A stretch of 64,000 nucleotides of DNA from the human T2T-CHM13v2.0 reference genome, Homo sapiens: the NCBI RefSeq assembly GCF_009914755.1, contig NC_060926.1; one strand, written 5' to 3'. The translations under genes were made by a program, and so were the position numbers. The number at the start of each line of letters is the position of its first letter. The stretch's first letter is position 1. The notes beneath the pieces are model-generated. The model did not search any database. It was not told where the DNA came from and saw only the letters and a program-made list of their open reading frames with translations. Below are positions 28,730 through 41,668 of this stretch, piece by piece.

Positions 28730-30090
28730 CCAAAATCTAAAGACAGCTACTATAATATGCTATCAAAAATGTACAATTTTTAGTTTAACAACTTCTGGAA
28801 AAAAGCAGAGAAGTATGAACAATATTAAAGGAATAAAAATAAAGCAGCTACAATAATAACAACAGAAAATAGTCAATGAAAGCTAATTCTAACTTGCCCC
28901 AATTATTGGATTTAGCAAAGACTACAAAGCAGTTAATATGCAGATGTTCAAATAATTATGTTTAAATCTATGATCATTGACATAAAAAAGAAAATATTAA
29001 AAAAAAAGAAGATTCGGCAAGTAGGGCCTCAAGAAAAGACATGGAAAATATAAAAAAATGACCAAATTGGAACTCTAGAAATGAAAAGTGCAATAAACCA
29101 ATTTAAATATTTGTTAGCTAGGTCTAATAGCAAATTGAGATGGCAGAACAATCAGTTAACTTGAAAATAGAGGTATAGAAATTATTGAGTCTAAAGAAAA
29201 AGTTTAGAAAAAAAAGAAGACTTCAGAGATTTATAGCTCAGAGTGAAGAATACCAACAAATGTATAATAAGAGTCACAAAGGAGGAGAGAAAGAGAAAGT
29301 GGCTGAAGAAATCTTTGGAGAAATAATGACAAAAACTTTTCAAAAGTAATAAAAAATTCTTAGATGAAAAAATTCAATAAAAATCTTTTAGATAATCAAT
29401 AGGAATTAATAACTGAACACATTATATTAAAATATTGAAAGACAAAGAGAAAATCTTCATTGCATCAAGAATGAAAGCAGACACTACATACAGAAAAACA
29501 ACAACATAGCCATTGGCCGAGTTTTCATCAGGACCAATAGAGGCTAGAAGGAGTGAAATGTCATATTTAAATGCTGAAAGGAAAAAAAAAGGCAACCAGG
29601 AAATCTATATCCATCGAAAATACCCTTCAAATCTAAAGAAAAAGCAAAAAAATTCTTTGATAAACAAAATACATTCATTCATAGCAGCTATGTCTCTTAC
29701 AAGACATTTGAGAGAAAATCCTTCAGAATCACAGGAAATGACATGAGACAGGACCTTGAATCCTCTGAAAGAAATGAAGGCCTCAAAAGTTGTAAGGAGC
29801 AATACCAAGTCTAAAAAGATAAAAATACACTTAATGCTATTTATATAAAGTTTAAGACAGGAAAACCTAAATGATTGTATAGATGTCAGAAAGACATTAA
29901 TTTTGCTGGGTGAGAGGGGTGATAACTGACAAAGATTGTCCATGAGGGAAGCACAAGGGAATGTGAAATATTCTATCATTCCATTCGGACAATGAATTAC
30001 ACAAAAACTGTATTCAGTTGAACATTCAAGATTTATGCACTTTACTCTGGCTACTTTATCAGTTGAAATAAAACTAATAAAAACCAAACC
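28730..30090 (+). mobile_element. Old L1M ORF1-region fragments
   Basis: A-rich; L1 ORF1-like remnant MAEFSSGPIEARR; GGAGAAATAATGACAAAAACTTT. Confidence 0.65.
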
Positions 30091-31419
30091 TAGACTCTTT
30101 CACATTTACCAGTAATCACAGCCAAGAGCCCAGACTAATTTGGATTATTATTATTATTATCACCACTTCAATACCCTTTCTTGACATTTACACTTTTTAT
30201 CCAGCTACAGTTTCACAGCTCCACCTCTGGCCCATTCTTTTGGAAGACCCCATAGCCATAGGTTAGGTAACACCTATGGAAGACTCATAAATGACATGAT
30301 TGATGGGTGTTTAGCAGAAAACAAGTAGTATGTATCACAGACTGTCCTATGCAGAGGGTACAATACACGTCAGTGAGAGAGTCCCACTAGCACAGAAAAG
30401 AAGTGTGAACTACACCTTCAGAATATGGTCCAGATTTTAGAGTTCATCAGATGAACACAGATCAAGGTGTCCTCTCATCTGGGTATGGGAAAGTGAAATG
30501 ACTGCAGGTTCTCCCCAGATCAGTGGCCTCTGTCTTTGGAGACGTGTACATGAATCTCACATTTGTTCACATCCACAGTCACTTCCTGGCTTCACCCATA
30601 GCAATGATGGTCTGGCTTCGTTATTTAGGAACTCTGCACACAGGCTGTCAGTTACTAAAATGAAAATTAAAAACAGTGACTTTGGTTAAATGTATATCAG
30701 TAGGTACATCCTTGAGGGAAAAATGAGCAGAGGTGACATATTTTAATATCAAATAAAAAATCACAATCTTGTGACTCCTTTCTCTTCCCATATAATTCAT
30801 GATGGTTGTACTGATATTTCAGAGTATCAAATGAGTCTTATATTTTCATCCCTATAGCTTTGTCCTTCTCCAACCTGAGCCCACATTTTGGCCATCCAGT
30901 GGCTTCCGAGCACACTTGTGAGATGATCACTGTCCAAACAGGATTGCTGGGATAACTCACAGGCAGCTCCATGCTGAGTCTCCCTTTGAACTCCCAGCAT
31001 CACTGACCCTGAAGGAGTGTCCTCCTGTCATCCAAAGCACCCAGAGCACAGCCTTCCCTGTGGTGATTTCACTGCCCAACTCAAAACCTCATCACAGATT
31101 CCACTGGCTCAGAGACAAAGTCAGGTCCCAGGCAGAGGCTGGTGTGGGGGCCTAAAAAAACCATCTTTTCATCAATCTTTCTGTTAGAAATTTCCAGGAA
31201 TTTATAAGCTGAATTTCTATAATAGTTACTATCTTAAAAATAAAAGCTATTTGTAATATGAGAAACATAAAACATGGGAAATAATTAAAACCCACAAGAG
31301 CATCATATAGTCAGAGACTCAAAATTCACCTAATCTAATTCGGAGCTCCCTGCCTTATGGTCCATCTCCATGGTGTCTATGTGCTCCACCCTTATCAAAT
31401 ATATGTTCAAAGAATTATT

Positions 31420-32955
31420 TTAACCTATAATAAAAGACTGAAAAAGGAATTTGTAAAGACAATGATTCAACCAATAGAGGCTCTCAAACAGAGACAAAAC
31501 TATGAAAACAAGCATACTGGGAAATCTAGAAATGAAAAGTACAACAACTCAATTGAAAAATGTATTAGATAGACTCAATAGCAATTTAAGATGACACAAG
31601 AATCAGTGAACTGAAAAACAAGTCAATAGAAATGGTCTCATATAAAGAAGGAAAAAATTATAAAGAAGAATGAATAAAACCTCAGACATCATAGGTCCAT
31701 GTGTATAATACCAACAAATTTGTATTAGGAATCACAAAGGAGAAGACAGAAAGAGGCTAAAAATGTGTTCCCATCTTTATGCCCATGAATACCCCATGTT
31801 TAGCTCCCACTTATAAGTGAGAACATGTGGTTTTTGGTTTTTTGTTTCTGCATCTGTTCACTTAGGAAAATGGCCTCCAGCTGCATCCAAGTTTCTGCAA
31901 GGCCAAGATTTTGTTCTTATTTATGGCTGCATAGTATTCCATGGTGCATATATACCACAGTTTCTTTATTGAATCCCTGGTTGATGGGCACAATAGACAT
32001 TGTGCTAGAAGGAACACAAAGGGAGAAAGGGCAGGGGCTGAAAAACTACCTATGGGTACAATGTTCACTAACTGGTTAATAATTTCTGTCATACCCCAAA
32101 CCTCAGCATCATGCAAAATAACTTTGTAACATATCTGTACATGTATGGTTTGATTCTAAAATAAAAACTGAAAAAGAAAAAAATGGAGAAATAATGAAAA
32201 ACATTTTTCACAATGATGAAACACATTAGTCTGTACATGAAAGTAACTCAGTGAAACTCTTCTAGGATAAGCACAATACAATTCATAACAATACACATTA
32301 TAGTACCAATGTTGAAAGACAAAGACACAGAGAATTTGGAAGGCATCACTAAAATACTGACTTACTCTATACTAGGAAGCAATAATAAAGGTATTGGCTA
32401 AATTTTCATCATTACTAATAGAGGTGGGATGAGAGTGGAATGATATATTTAAATGCTGGGGAGAAAAGTCAGCCACAAATGCTATATCCAGCAAAACAAT
32501 CATTTAAACGTAAAAGCAAGGTAGAAATGTTCCTTCATACACAAAGACTAATTCATTATAGCATATGTGCCTTGTGGAAAATTCAAGAGAAAATCCTTCA
32601 GAATAACAGGGAATGAGAGCAGACAGCAATTCAAATTGATAAGAAGGAATCAAGCCCTCAAAAAATGAAAGAAATAAGAAAGAAGCTACAAAAAATGTTT
32701 ACCTGATATGAAGATTAAGTACAGGAAAAAAAACAATTATAATAGATGTCACAGTATCAGTTACATTGATTGTGTTTTGAGCAGCAGTTGCTGACTGGGA
32801 AGGTGCATAACGAAAGCAGCAAGAGAATTGGAAACCTTCCATATTTTGATGTGGATCATGACATGAAATGATCTGGATTTCGACATTCATTTGCACCCTT
32901 AAGATTTGAACCTTTTGCACTGTGTGTTTTTCCTTAAATAAAATAAAATAAAACA
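31420..32955 (+). mobile_element. Old L1M ORF1-region fragments, paralogous to 29040-30110
   Basis: Shared anchors GAGAAAATCCTTCAGAAT and CAAACCTAG(A/G)CTCTTT. Confidence 0.65.
31766..32178. mobile_element. 5'-inverted L1 (L1PA15/16-like 3' end)
   Basis: 31766-31989 is antisense and 31990-32178 is sense with an A tail; the two parts are contiguous in the consensus; candidate TSD AAAAATG. Confidence 0.75.
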
Positions 32956-33250
32956 AACCTAGGCTCTTTTAAATAAGCCTGAACCAAGAAATAAGAATCA
33001 CCAAATATTTATGAAAGCTCAACCTTATTAAAGAGAAGTGTAAAACATGCCTGAGAAAGTCCTAACGAACTAGAAATTGGGTAGAGGAAATAGCAGGAAA
33101 CATCTAAATATGTCCCTTCTGCCACTCAGGAAACAGATTTTACCTCTCTTGATATCCTTAAAAACATAAAATATATTTATGTCATTTTGCTCACAAGAGA
33201 GGTCCCCACCTTCTCCTTGGCTCTTTCCACCCCACTGCACCCACCAGGGG

Positions 33251-33302
33251 ATTTGCATGCTGTCCCCTAGGGAAGACCTTCCCTTGTGAGTCTGAGATAA
33301 AA
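33251..33302 (+). promoter_or_regulatory. Vk2 promoter: octamer ATTTGCAT (33251-33258) and TATA-like GATAAAA
   Basis: Perfect octamer ~100 bp upstream of the leader. Confidence 0.8.
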
Positions 33303-33357
33303 GCTCAGCTCTAACCTTGCCTTGACTGATCAGGACTCCTCAGTTCACCTTCCCACA

Positions 33358-34123
33358 GTGAGGCTCCCTGCTCAGCTCCCTGGGCTGCTAATGCACTGGG
33401 TCCCTGCTGAGAGCAGAAGGGAAATGAGGGAGGATGATGGGGTGGGAGGGTGAACTCTGTGGGCCCTGCCACCTCCCATGTGTGTTCTGTCCTCGTGTTA
33501 GATGTGTCTTGTCCTCCAGGATGGGGCATGTGATGTCTAGATCTGTGAGAGTGAGGAAGATTCCAGAAGGAGCAAGGACATGTACTTTAGTGAAAGCTGT
33601 GACACAGAAAGAGGGGGATGGGATAGGTGATTTCTAGAGGCTTATTTGTGCTTTGCAAATCTTGGTTCTTTTTAAACCTGTATGTTTTGGGAGTATTAAC
33701 CAAAATCATACACAAAAAATAATTGAGCAAAACATAAATAACAGACAGAAAATTATTAAAATGGCTCACAGTGTTTGTACATAACCTTGCACTTCTCTCT
33801 TATTATTTCAGGATCCAATGGAGATGCTGTGTGAACCAGCCTCCACTCTCCCTGCCCATCACCCCTGGAAAGCCAGCCTCTATCTCCTGTAGATCCAGTC
33901 ATAGCCCCTTTCACAGTAATGGATACACCTATTTGAATTGGGACCTACAGAAGCCAGGCCAGCCTCCACGGCTCCTGATTGATTTGGTTTCCAACAGGGA
34001 CCCTGGAGTCCCAGACAGGTTCAGTGGCAGTGGGTCGGGGACAGATTTCATGTTTAAAATAAGGAGGATGGATGCTGAGGATGTTGGGGTTTATTGCTGC
34101 CAGCAAAGTACACATTATTCTCC
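33358..34123 (+). pseudogene. IGKV2D-14: Ig kappa V2 pseudogene
   Basis: Vk2 leader at 33358-33406 with ATG>GTG and donor GT>CT. Exon 2 starts at 33812. A 1-nt loss after GAT GCT GTG gives TGA at 33832. The shifted frame reads [19 protein letters not shown]...[19 protein letters not shown]...[15 protein letters not shown]...DVGVYCCQQ. The symbol is inferred from gene order. Confidence 0.85.
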
Positions 34124-34151
34124 CACAATGGTACAGTCCTGAACACAAACC
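34124..34151 (+). other. 12-RSS of the Vk2 pseudogene
   Basis: CACAATG + GTACAGTCCTGA + ACACAAACC. Confidence 0.85.
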
Positions 34152-35745
34152 TCCCTGCTTGCTGTGGCCTAGCTGCCCAGATGTGTTGTTTCTGTGGAGA
34201 GCAGGCACTGTGGATTCTCTTAGATGCCTAAAGACCAAGATGTTGGAGAACTCAGAGGACTTGGTACAGCTGAGGGCTCATGACCATAAATTTCTCAGCT
34301 ACACCTCAGGCACCACATTTTAAGTTCCCATCAGCTGCAGCAGCCTTTGCATGACAGAGTCTGCAAAAAGGAGGAGGAACACCTCCCCTTTGAGCAATGA
34401 GACACAAGAGAAGAGAAAGCTCAATGAAAGCTCATTCTAAGCCTCTCTTCCTTCCCTACATTCATTCATCAAGTAAATTCGTTCTGCGTAACAGGCACCT
34501 AATTGAGACTGACTACTGGCAACGCAAAACTAATACATTCTTTTGATTTGGTTTAGCAGTTACTAGAGTATATGTATGTTGATAAGGTTTGGTAATATTA
34601 AAACAGTTTCCCTCCCCTCCTCCACCTCCCCCCACCACTTTTCCGAAGGCAGACCCCTGACCAGGACACCAGCAGGCACTGTATTTTTTCCTACTTTTTT
34701 CAGGGAGTACCAAAATATAACTCTTCACGGTCTAGATTTTTAAGTTACTAGATATGTTGCTGCAAATGTATGCAAAACTAAAGACCTAGTGCCAAAAGTC
34801 TTTCCACAGTCTCAACCACAGCATGTTGAAGTAAAAAGTAGTTTTCTGAACTCCAAAGCTGGGTTTCAACAATAAGGACCAAGTTTGAAAGAATAAAGGA
34901 ACATAAATATGCCATCTTAAACAGAATTACAAGATAATATGTAAGCCATATTTTTACCGCATGAAAAATAACCATCTGAAGACTTAGAGCAGAGGTCAGT
35001 ACGTGAGAGACTGGTGGGTTGCGTTTGAGATATGAACCCAGATGCAAGTTCTTATGTATTTCCTGGGAAGAATCACAGAGTTGAGAGACCCCTGCCTGGC
35101 ATTCAAGGCTGGGCCCTGACGCCACTGCAAGCTCCTGAGGAAGTGCTGCATCACACAGAGCTCTAGGTCTGTGTGGTGACTCAAAGGTTACCTTAGGTCG
35201 TATCACACATTCCAGTCAACCCAGCAGGAAATAGATGATCTTCCAAAGGTTGATTCTGCTTGTGTCACTTACCTAGAAATAATTTGAGAGAGAAATTTTA
35301 ATACACTATATGTGTATTAGGCATTAATAAGTTGAGGATATCTTCTGTATAATAATCTTGCATATTTAGCAAGTTAATATAAGAAAAAATCTATAATTAA
35401 ACTAATTCAAATGAAAGCATGAATCAAGAAAATCAGAGGAAACAAGACGGTAGGTTTAACCCTAACTTTACAATAATTGCATCGTAAATAAACAAATTTT
35501 TCCAAGTAAATCATAAAATTATCAGACAGGATTAAAATCAAAGATGTATGTTAATCATTAAATACACACTATAGTAAGAATATAGAATGGCTTTGAAAAT
35601 GAAAGGATGAAAAGTACATATCATGTAAAACTGAGCAAAAGAAACTAGGTCATGACTTTAATGCAAGAGATAAAATGGACATTTTATAATTATAAATTGG
35701 TAAATCCATCAAGAAGCCATTAAAATTCTAAATCTGTCTGAATCC

Positions 35746-37940
35746 TGTATTAGTCTGTTTTCACCCTGCTGAAACAGACATACCTGAGACTGGGAAATTT
35801 ACAAAAAAAGAGGTTTAATGGACTTACGATTCCATAAGCTGGGGGTGCCTCTCAACCATGGCAGAAGGAGGAGCAAGTCACATCTTAACGTGGATGGTGG
35901 CAGGCAAAGAGAGAGAGCTTGTGCAGGGGAACTCCTCTTTATAAAACCATCAGATCTCATGAGACTTACTCACTATCATGAGAACAGCATAGAGAAGACC
36001 TGCTCTCATGATTCAATTACCAACCACCGGGTACCTCCCACAACCTGTGAGAATTCAAGATGGGATTTGGTTGGGGACACAGCCAAACCATATCACTCTG
36101 CCCCTGGCCCCTCACAAATATCATGTCCTCACATTTCAAAACCAATCATGCCTTTCCAGCAGTCCCCCATAGTCTCAACTCATCTCAACATTAACTCAAA
36201 AGTTCACAGTCCAAAGTCTTATCTGAGACAAGGTAAGACCCTTCAACCTATGAGCCTGTAAGACCAAAAGAATGATAGTTACTTCCTAGGCCCAATTGTG
36301 GGTACAGGCATTGGGTTAATACAGCTGTTCCAAATGGGAGAAATTGGCCAAAACAAAGGGACTACAGACCCCAGACAAGTCTGAAATCCAGGAGGGCAGT
36401 TAAACCTAAAGTTCCAAAATGGTCTCCTTTGACTCCATGTCTCATATCCAGGTCGCGCTGATTCAAGAAGTGAGTTTCCGTGGACTTGACTAACTCTGTC
36501 CCTGTAGGTTTGCAGAGTACAGCCTCCCTCCTGGCTGCTTGCAAGGGCTGGCGTTGAGCATCTGTGGCTTTTCCAGGTGAACGGTGTAAGCTGTCAGTGG
36601 ATCTACCATTCTGGGATCTGGAGGACAGTGCCCCTCTTCTCACAGCTCCACTAAGCAGTGCCCCAGTAGGGGCTCAGTGTGGGGGCTCCAACCCCACATT
36701 TCCCTTCAGCACTGCCCTAGCAGAGGCTCTCCATGGGCACCCCACCCCTGCAGCAAACTTCTTGCCTGGGCATCCAGGTGTTTCCATACATCCTCTGAAA
36801 TCTAGGCGAAGGTTTCCCAACCCCAATTCTTGACTTCTGTGCACTTGCAGGCTCAATACCACGTGGAAGCTGCCAAGGCTTGGGTCCTCTGAAGCCACAG
36901 CCTGAGCTCTACATTGGCCCCTTTTGGCCATGGCTGGAAGAGCTGGGACACAGGCCAACAAGTCCTTAGTCTGCACACAGCATGAAGGCCCTGGGCCTGG
37001 ATCACAAAACCACTTTTTCCTCCCAGGCCTCTGGGCCTGTGATGGGAGGGGCAGCCATGAAGACCTCTGACATGCCCTGGAGACATTTTCCCCATTGTCT
37101 TGAGGATTAACAACACTGGGCTCCTCATTACTTTTTTAAATTTCTGCTGCTGGCCTGAATTTCTCCTCAGAAATGGGATTTCCTTTTCTATCACATTGGC
37201 AGGCTGCAAATTGTCTGGACATTTATGCTCTGCTTATCTTATGTAACTGAATGCCTTTAAAAGCACCTGAGTCATTTCTTGAATGCTTTGCTGCTTAGAA
37301 CTTTCTCCCACCAGATACCCTAAATCATCTCTCTCAAATTCAAAGTTCCACCAATCTGTAGGGCAGGAGCAAAATGCCACCAATCTCTTTGCTAAAACAT
37401 AACAAGAATAACCTTTACTCCAGCTCCCAACAAGTTCCTCATCTTCATCTGAGAACACCTCAGCCTGGATTTCATTGTCCATATCATTATCAGCATTTTG
37501 GTCAAAGCCATTTAACAACTCTTTAGGGAGTTTCAAACTTTCCCACATTTTCCTGTCTTCTTCTGAGCCCTCCAAACTGTTCCAACCTCTGCCTGTTACC
37601 CAGCTCCAAAGTCATTTCCACATTTTTGGGTATCTTTTCAATAGCGGCCCACTCTCCTGGTGCCAATTGACTGTATTTGCCCATTTTCATGCTTCTAATA
37701 AAGACATATCCGAGACTGGGCAATTTACCAAAAAAAAAAAAAAGAGGTTTAATTAAGTTACACTTCCATATGGCTGGGGAGGCCTCACGGTCATGGCAGA
37801 AGGCAAAAAGTAGCAAGACACAACTTACGTGGATGGCAAAAGGCAAAGAGAGACAGCTTGTGCAGAACTCCTCTTCATAAAACCATCAGATCTCAAGAGA
37901 CTTATTCCCTATCATGGGACAAACACAGGAAAGACTTGCC
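35746..37940 (-). mobile_element. THE1 (MaLR) element: 3' LTR 35746-36095, internal 36096-37671, 5' LTR 37672-37940 truncated
   Basis: LTR minus-strand start TGATATGGTTTGGCTGTGTCCCC; internal ORF remnant EGSEEDRKMWESLKLP. Confidence 0.9.
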
Positions 37941-40718
37941 CTGAGTATTATGAACAATGTCACATCGGTGGTGATATTGGGAGCAATTTCATCCTCTCCA
38001 CCACAGGGTACTATGAACAATATCACAAAAGAGGAGTAAATCACCCGTGATATGGAGAATAATATTATCTTCTCCACCACAGGGTATTACAAACAATATT
38101 ACAGAGGGGGTACACTGCATGTGATATTAGGAGTTATATCATCCTCTCCCTGCCTGGGTATTACGAACAACAACATCATGCTGGGGCAGGGTACAATGCC
38201 GAGATATTGGGAGTAATATCATCCTGACAGCCCTGTGTATTACAAACAATCTCATGGCGGGGAGTACGCCACCTGCGATACTAGGAGTAAGATAATCCTC
38301 TCCCTCCCAGATATTACAAAAAATGTCACAAGAGGGTGTACACCCCCCACAATATTGGGAGTAATATCATACTCTCCCCTCCTGGATATTACAAACAATA
38401 GGACAGGGGCGTGTATACACAAAAAGTTTATGATATTGAAAGTAATATCATCTCCAATCACCCCTGAATATTATGAACAATATCACAGGGAGGTGTACAC
38501 TCCCTGAGATATTGGGAATAATATCATCCCCTCCTCCCCTGGATATTAGGAACAATGTCACAGGGGTATGTACAACCCCGTGGTATTGGGCGTAATATCA
38601 TCCTCTCCCCACCTGGATATTATGAACGATATTACAGGGGGGTGTACACAAAAGGTGTTTACGATGTTTAAAGTAATATCATCTCAAATCCCCCCGGATA
38701 TTAAAAACAATATCACAGGGGGATTTTACACCCCCCACTATATTGGGAGTAATGTCATCCTCTCCCCTCCAAATGTTACAAACAATATCAAAAGGGGGTG
38801 TACATTCCCCACAATATTGGAAATAATGACATCTCCCCCCGATTATTACCAAGAATATCACAGGGGGGGCACACCCCCCACGATATTGGGCATAATATCA
38901 TCCTCTCCCCTCTCTGGATATTATGAACAATATCACATGGTGGTGTACACCCCCCACAATATTGGGAGTATTATCATCCTCTCCCCCTCTGAATATTACG
39001 AACAATATCACAGGCGGGTGTACACACAAGGTGTCAACGATATTGAAACTAACATCATCTCCAATCCCCCCCTGGATATTACAAACAATATCACAGGGGG
39101 GTGTACACTCCCGGCGATATTGGGAGTAACATCATCCTCTCTCCCACTTCATATTACGACAATATCACAGTGGGTTGTACACCCCCTGCAAAATTGGGAG
39201 TAATATCATCCTCTGCCCCCCTGGATATTAAGAAAAATATCACAGGGACGTGTACACTTCCCGAGATGTTGGGAGTAATATTATCCTTTCCCCCACTGGA
39301 TATTACGAACAATATCACAGGGGGGTGTACACACAAGGTGTTTACGATATTGAAAGTAATATCATCTCCAACCATCCCTGGATACAATGAACAATATCAC
39401 AGAAGGGTGTACACCCCCCGCAGTGTTATGATTAATATCATCCTTCCCCCCCGAATATTAAGAAAAATATTACAGTGGGGTGAACATCCCCAGCGATATT
39501 GGGAGTAATGTCATCCTATTCCCCGCTGGATATTGCGAACAGTATCACAGGGGGCTGTGCATGCCCCGCGATGTTCAGAGTAATTTCCTCCTGTCTCTCC
39601 CAAGATGTTATGAACAATATCACAGAGGCGTGCACGCCCCCGCGATACTGGGAGTAATATCATCCTCTTAACTCCTTAACGAACAATATTACAGGGGTGT
39701 GTAAAGCCACCGAGATATTGCCAGTAATATCATCCTCTCCCACCCTGGATATTATGGACAATACCAAAGGAGGGTGTACACACAAGTTACTTACGATATT
39801 GAAAGTAATACATCTCCTCTCCCCCACTGGACATTATGAACAATATCACGGGGGGTGTACACCCTCCGTGATACTGGGAGTAATATCATACTCTCCTCTC
39901 CCGGATATTACGAACAATATCACAGGGGGGTGTACACACAACGTGTTTACGATATCGAAAGTAATATCTCCTCTCTCTCCCTGGATATTATGAACAATAT
40001 CGTGGGGTGGGGGGGTGTACACACAACGTGTTTACGATATTTAAAGTAACGTCATCCTCTCCCCCCCACCCCGAATATTACGAACAATATCACAGGGGGG
40101 TGTACACACAAAGTGTTTACGATTTTGGAAGTAATATCATCTTCCCTTCCCCCACGGATATTACGAACAATATCACAAGGGGGCGTGTACAGCCCGGGCG
40201 ATATTGGGAGTAATATCGTCCTCTCCCCTCCTGGATATTATGAACAATATCACAAGTTGGGGGTGTACACTCCCCACGATATTGGGAGTAATATCTTCCT
40301 CTCTCCCTGGATATTACGAACAATATCACAAGGGGGTTGTACACTCCCCGCAATACTGGGGGTAATGGCGTCCTCTCCAACCCTGGATATTACGAACAAT
40401 ATCAAAATAAGGGGTGTACACCCCCCACGATATTGGGAGTAATATTGTCGTCTCCCCCCAGGATATTATGAATAATATCACAAGAGGGGTGTACACCCCC
40501 CACGATATTGGGAATAATATAGTCCTATCCACCCCCCTGCCGGATATTATGAAGAATCTCACAAGGGGGGGTGTAAACCCCCCACGATATTGGTAGTAAT
40601 GTCATCCTGTTTTCCCCCTGGATATTAAGAACAATAACACAAAGAGGGGTGTACACCTCCCGCAATATTGGGAGTACTATTGTCCTCTCCCCGCTCTGGA
40701 TATTACCAACAATATCAC
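37941..40718. repeat. Tandem satellite, ~74-85-bp units, roughly 36-38 copies (SATR1/SATR2-like)
   Basis: Unit consensus CGATATTGGGAGTAATATCATCCTCTCCCCCCTGGATATTACGAACAATATCACAGGGGGGTGTACACCCCC. Confidence 0.92.
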
Positions 40719-41668
40719 TATCTTGACTAGTGGTTTTGACAGATCATCAGGCCTTAGAAGAAACACATCTGAAGGATTGGACACAAAGTCACTCTGGAGG
40801 AGATATGACTGGACCTTCCAAAAAAGGACCAGTAGAAAAAATAAATCCTTTCCAAGTGAATATTTATCTAAAGGCCATTAGAAGCAGGAGCTCAAAATAA
40901 TTAAAATAATTCAAAACATGGACTTCATCAGTTACCTTTCCCAGCTTTCCCAGGGAATCTCATGAACTGATGTCATGACTATCCATGCATGGGCTTAACA
41001 ATATGAATTTCAGTTAACTGGGACTCACGGGGATACTGGCACTTCTGAGCATCCACTTTTCCAAGGAGAATAACCCAAGATTGTACCAGACATCAAGGAT
41101 CAGACTAACAGCTGGTGTCAGGTGTTTTTAGCAGGCCTCATCCAACATGAGAAGAGCAGCAGTTGTTTTCCTGTATATGCATTTGTCTTTCTTTCAGTTA
41201 TATGTCTGCATGAAATATTATTTGAGGATTTTCCAAGTGCTTTCATCACAGTTAAGAAATTCTTCCATAATATGGCATTGAATCAGGCAAATTATTTACA
41301 ACAAAAAAGTAAGGCAAAGGGTGCAGTTCATGATCTTATCACCTGCACAGGTGCAGCCGTCTCTATAGAAAGGAGAAAACGTATTGTTAGTCAAGCAAAA
41401 CTGACACACAAACCCTAGGTAATTGAATTGATACCCTGTCAGATGTGGTGAAGGTTCTGACACGCTAATCATGTATGATGCTGTAACTTCCATCAAGGAA
41501 TATATGTATAGTGAAAGTGAGCTGTGTACTCATAGTTAATTATTATGCCAACTGAACAGCTGGAAACATTGGTCGCTGTGGCACCCACTGAATAAAAGGA
41601 GACTCAGTGGCAGGTAGGCCCCTTTGCGAATGGGAGACGGCATAAACCTCACCTGGGTGTTCTTTTGG

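Noticed and set aside
33354-33392. Perfect heptamer CACAGTG created by the ATG>GTG change in the pseudogene leader
   Set aside because: No nonamer at 12 or 23 nt (CAGCTCCCT, GCTGCTAAT), so at most a weak cryptic site.
35818-37880. 100-147-aa ORFs on both strands
   Set aside because: They are fragments of the decayed THE1 LTR and internal ORF.
38235-40596. Many ORFs with repeated LDITNNITGGCT / YYEQYH peptides
   Set aside because: These are translation artefacts of the tandem repeat; the frames shift with unit length.
37941-40718. CRISPR-like array of palindromic repeats
   Set aside because: There are no unique spacers (the whole unit repeats and decays), no cas genes, and the context is primate. 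It is a satellite.
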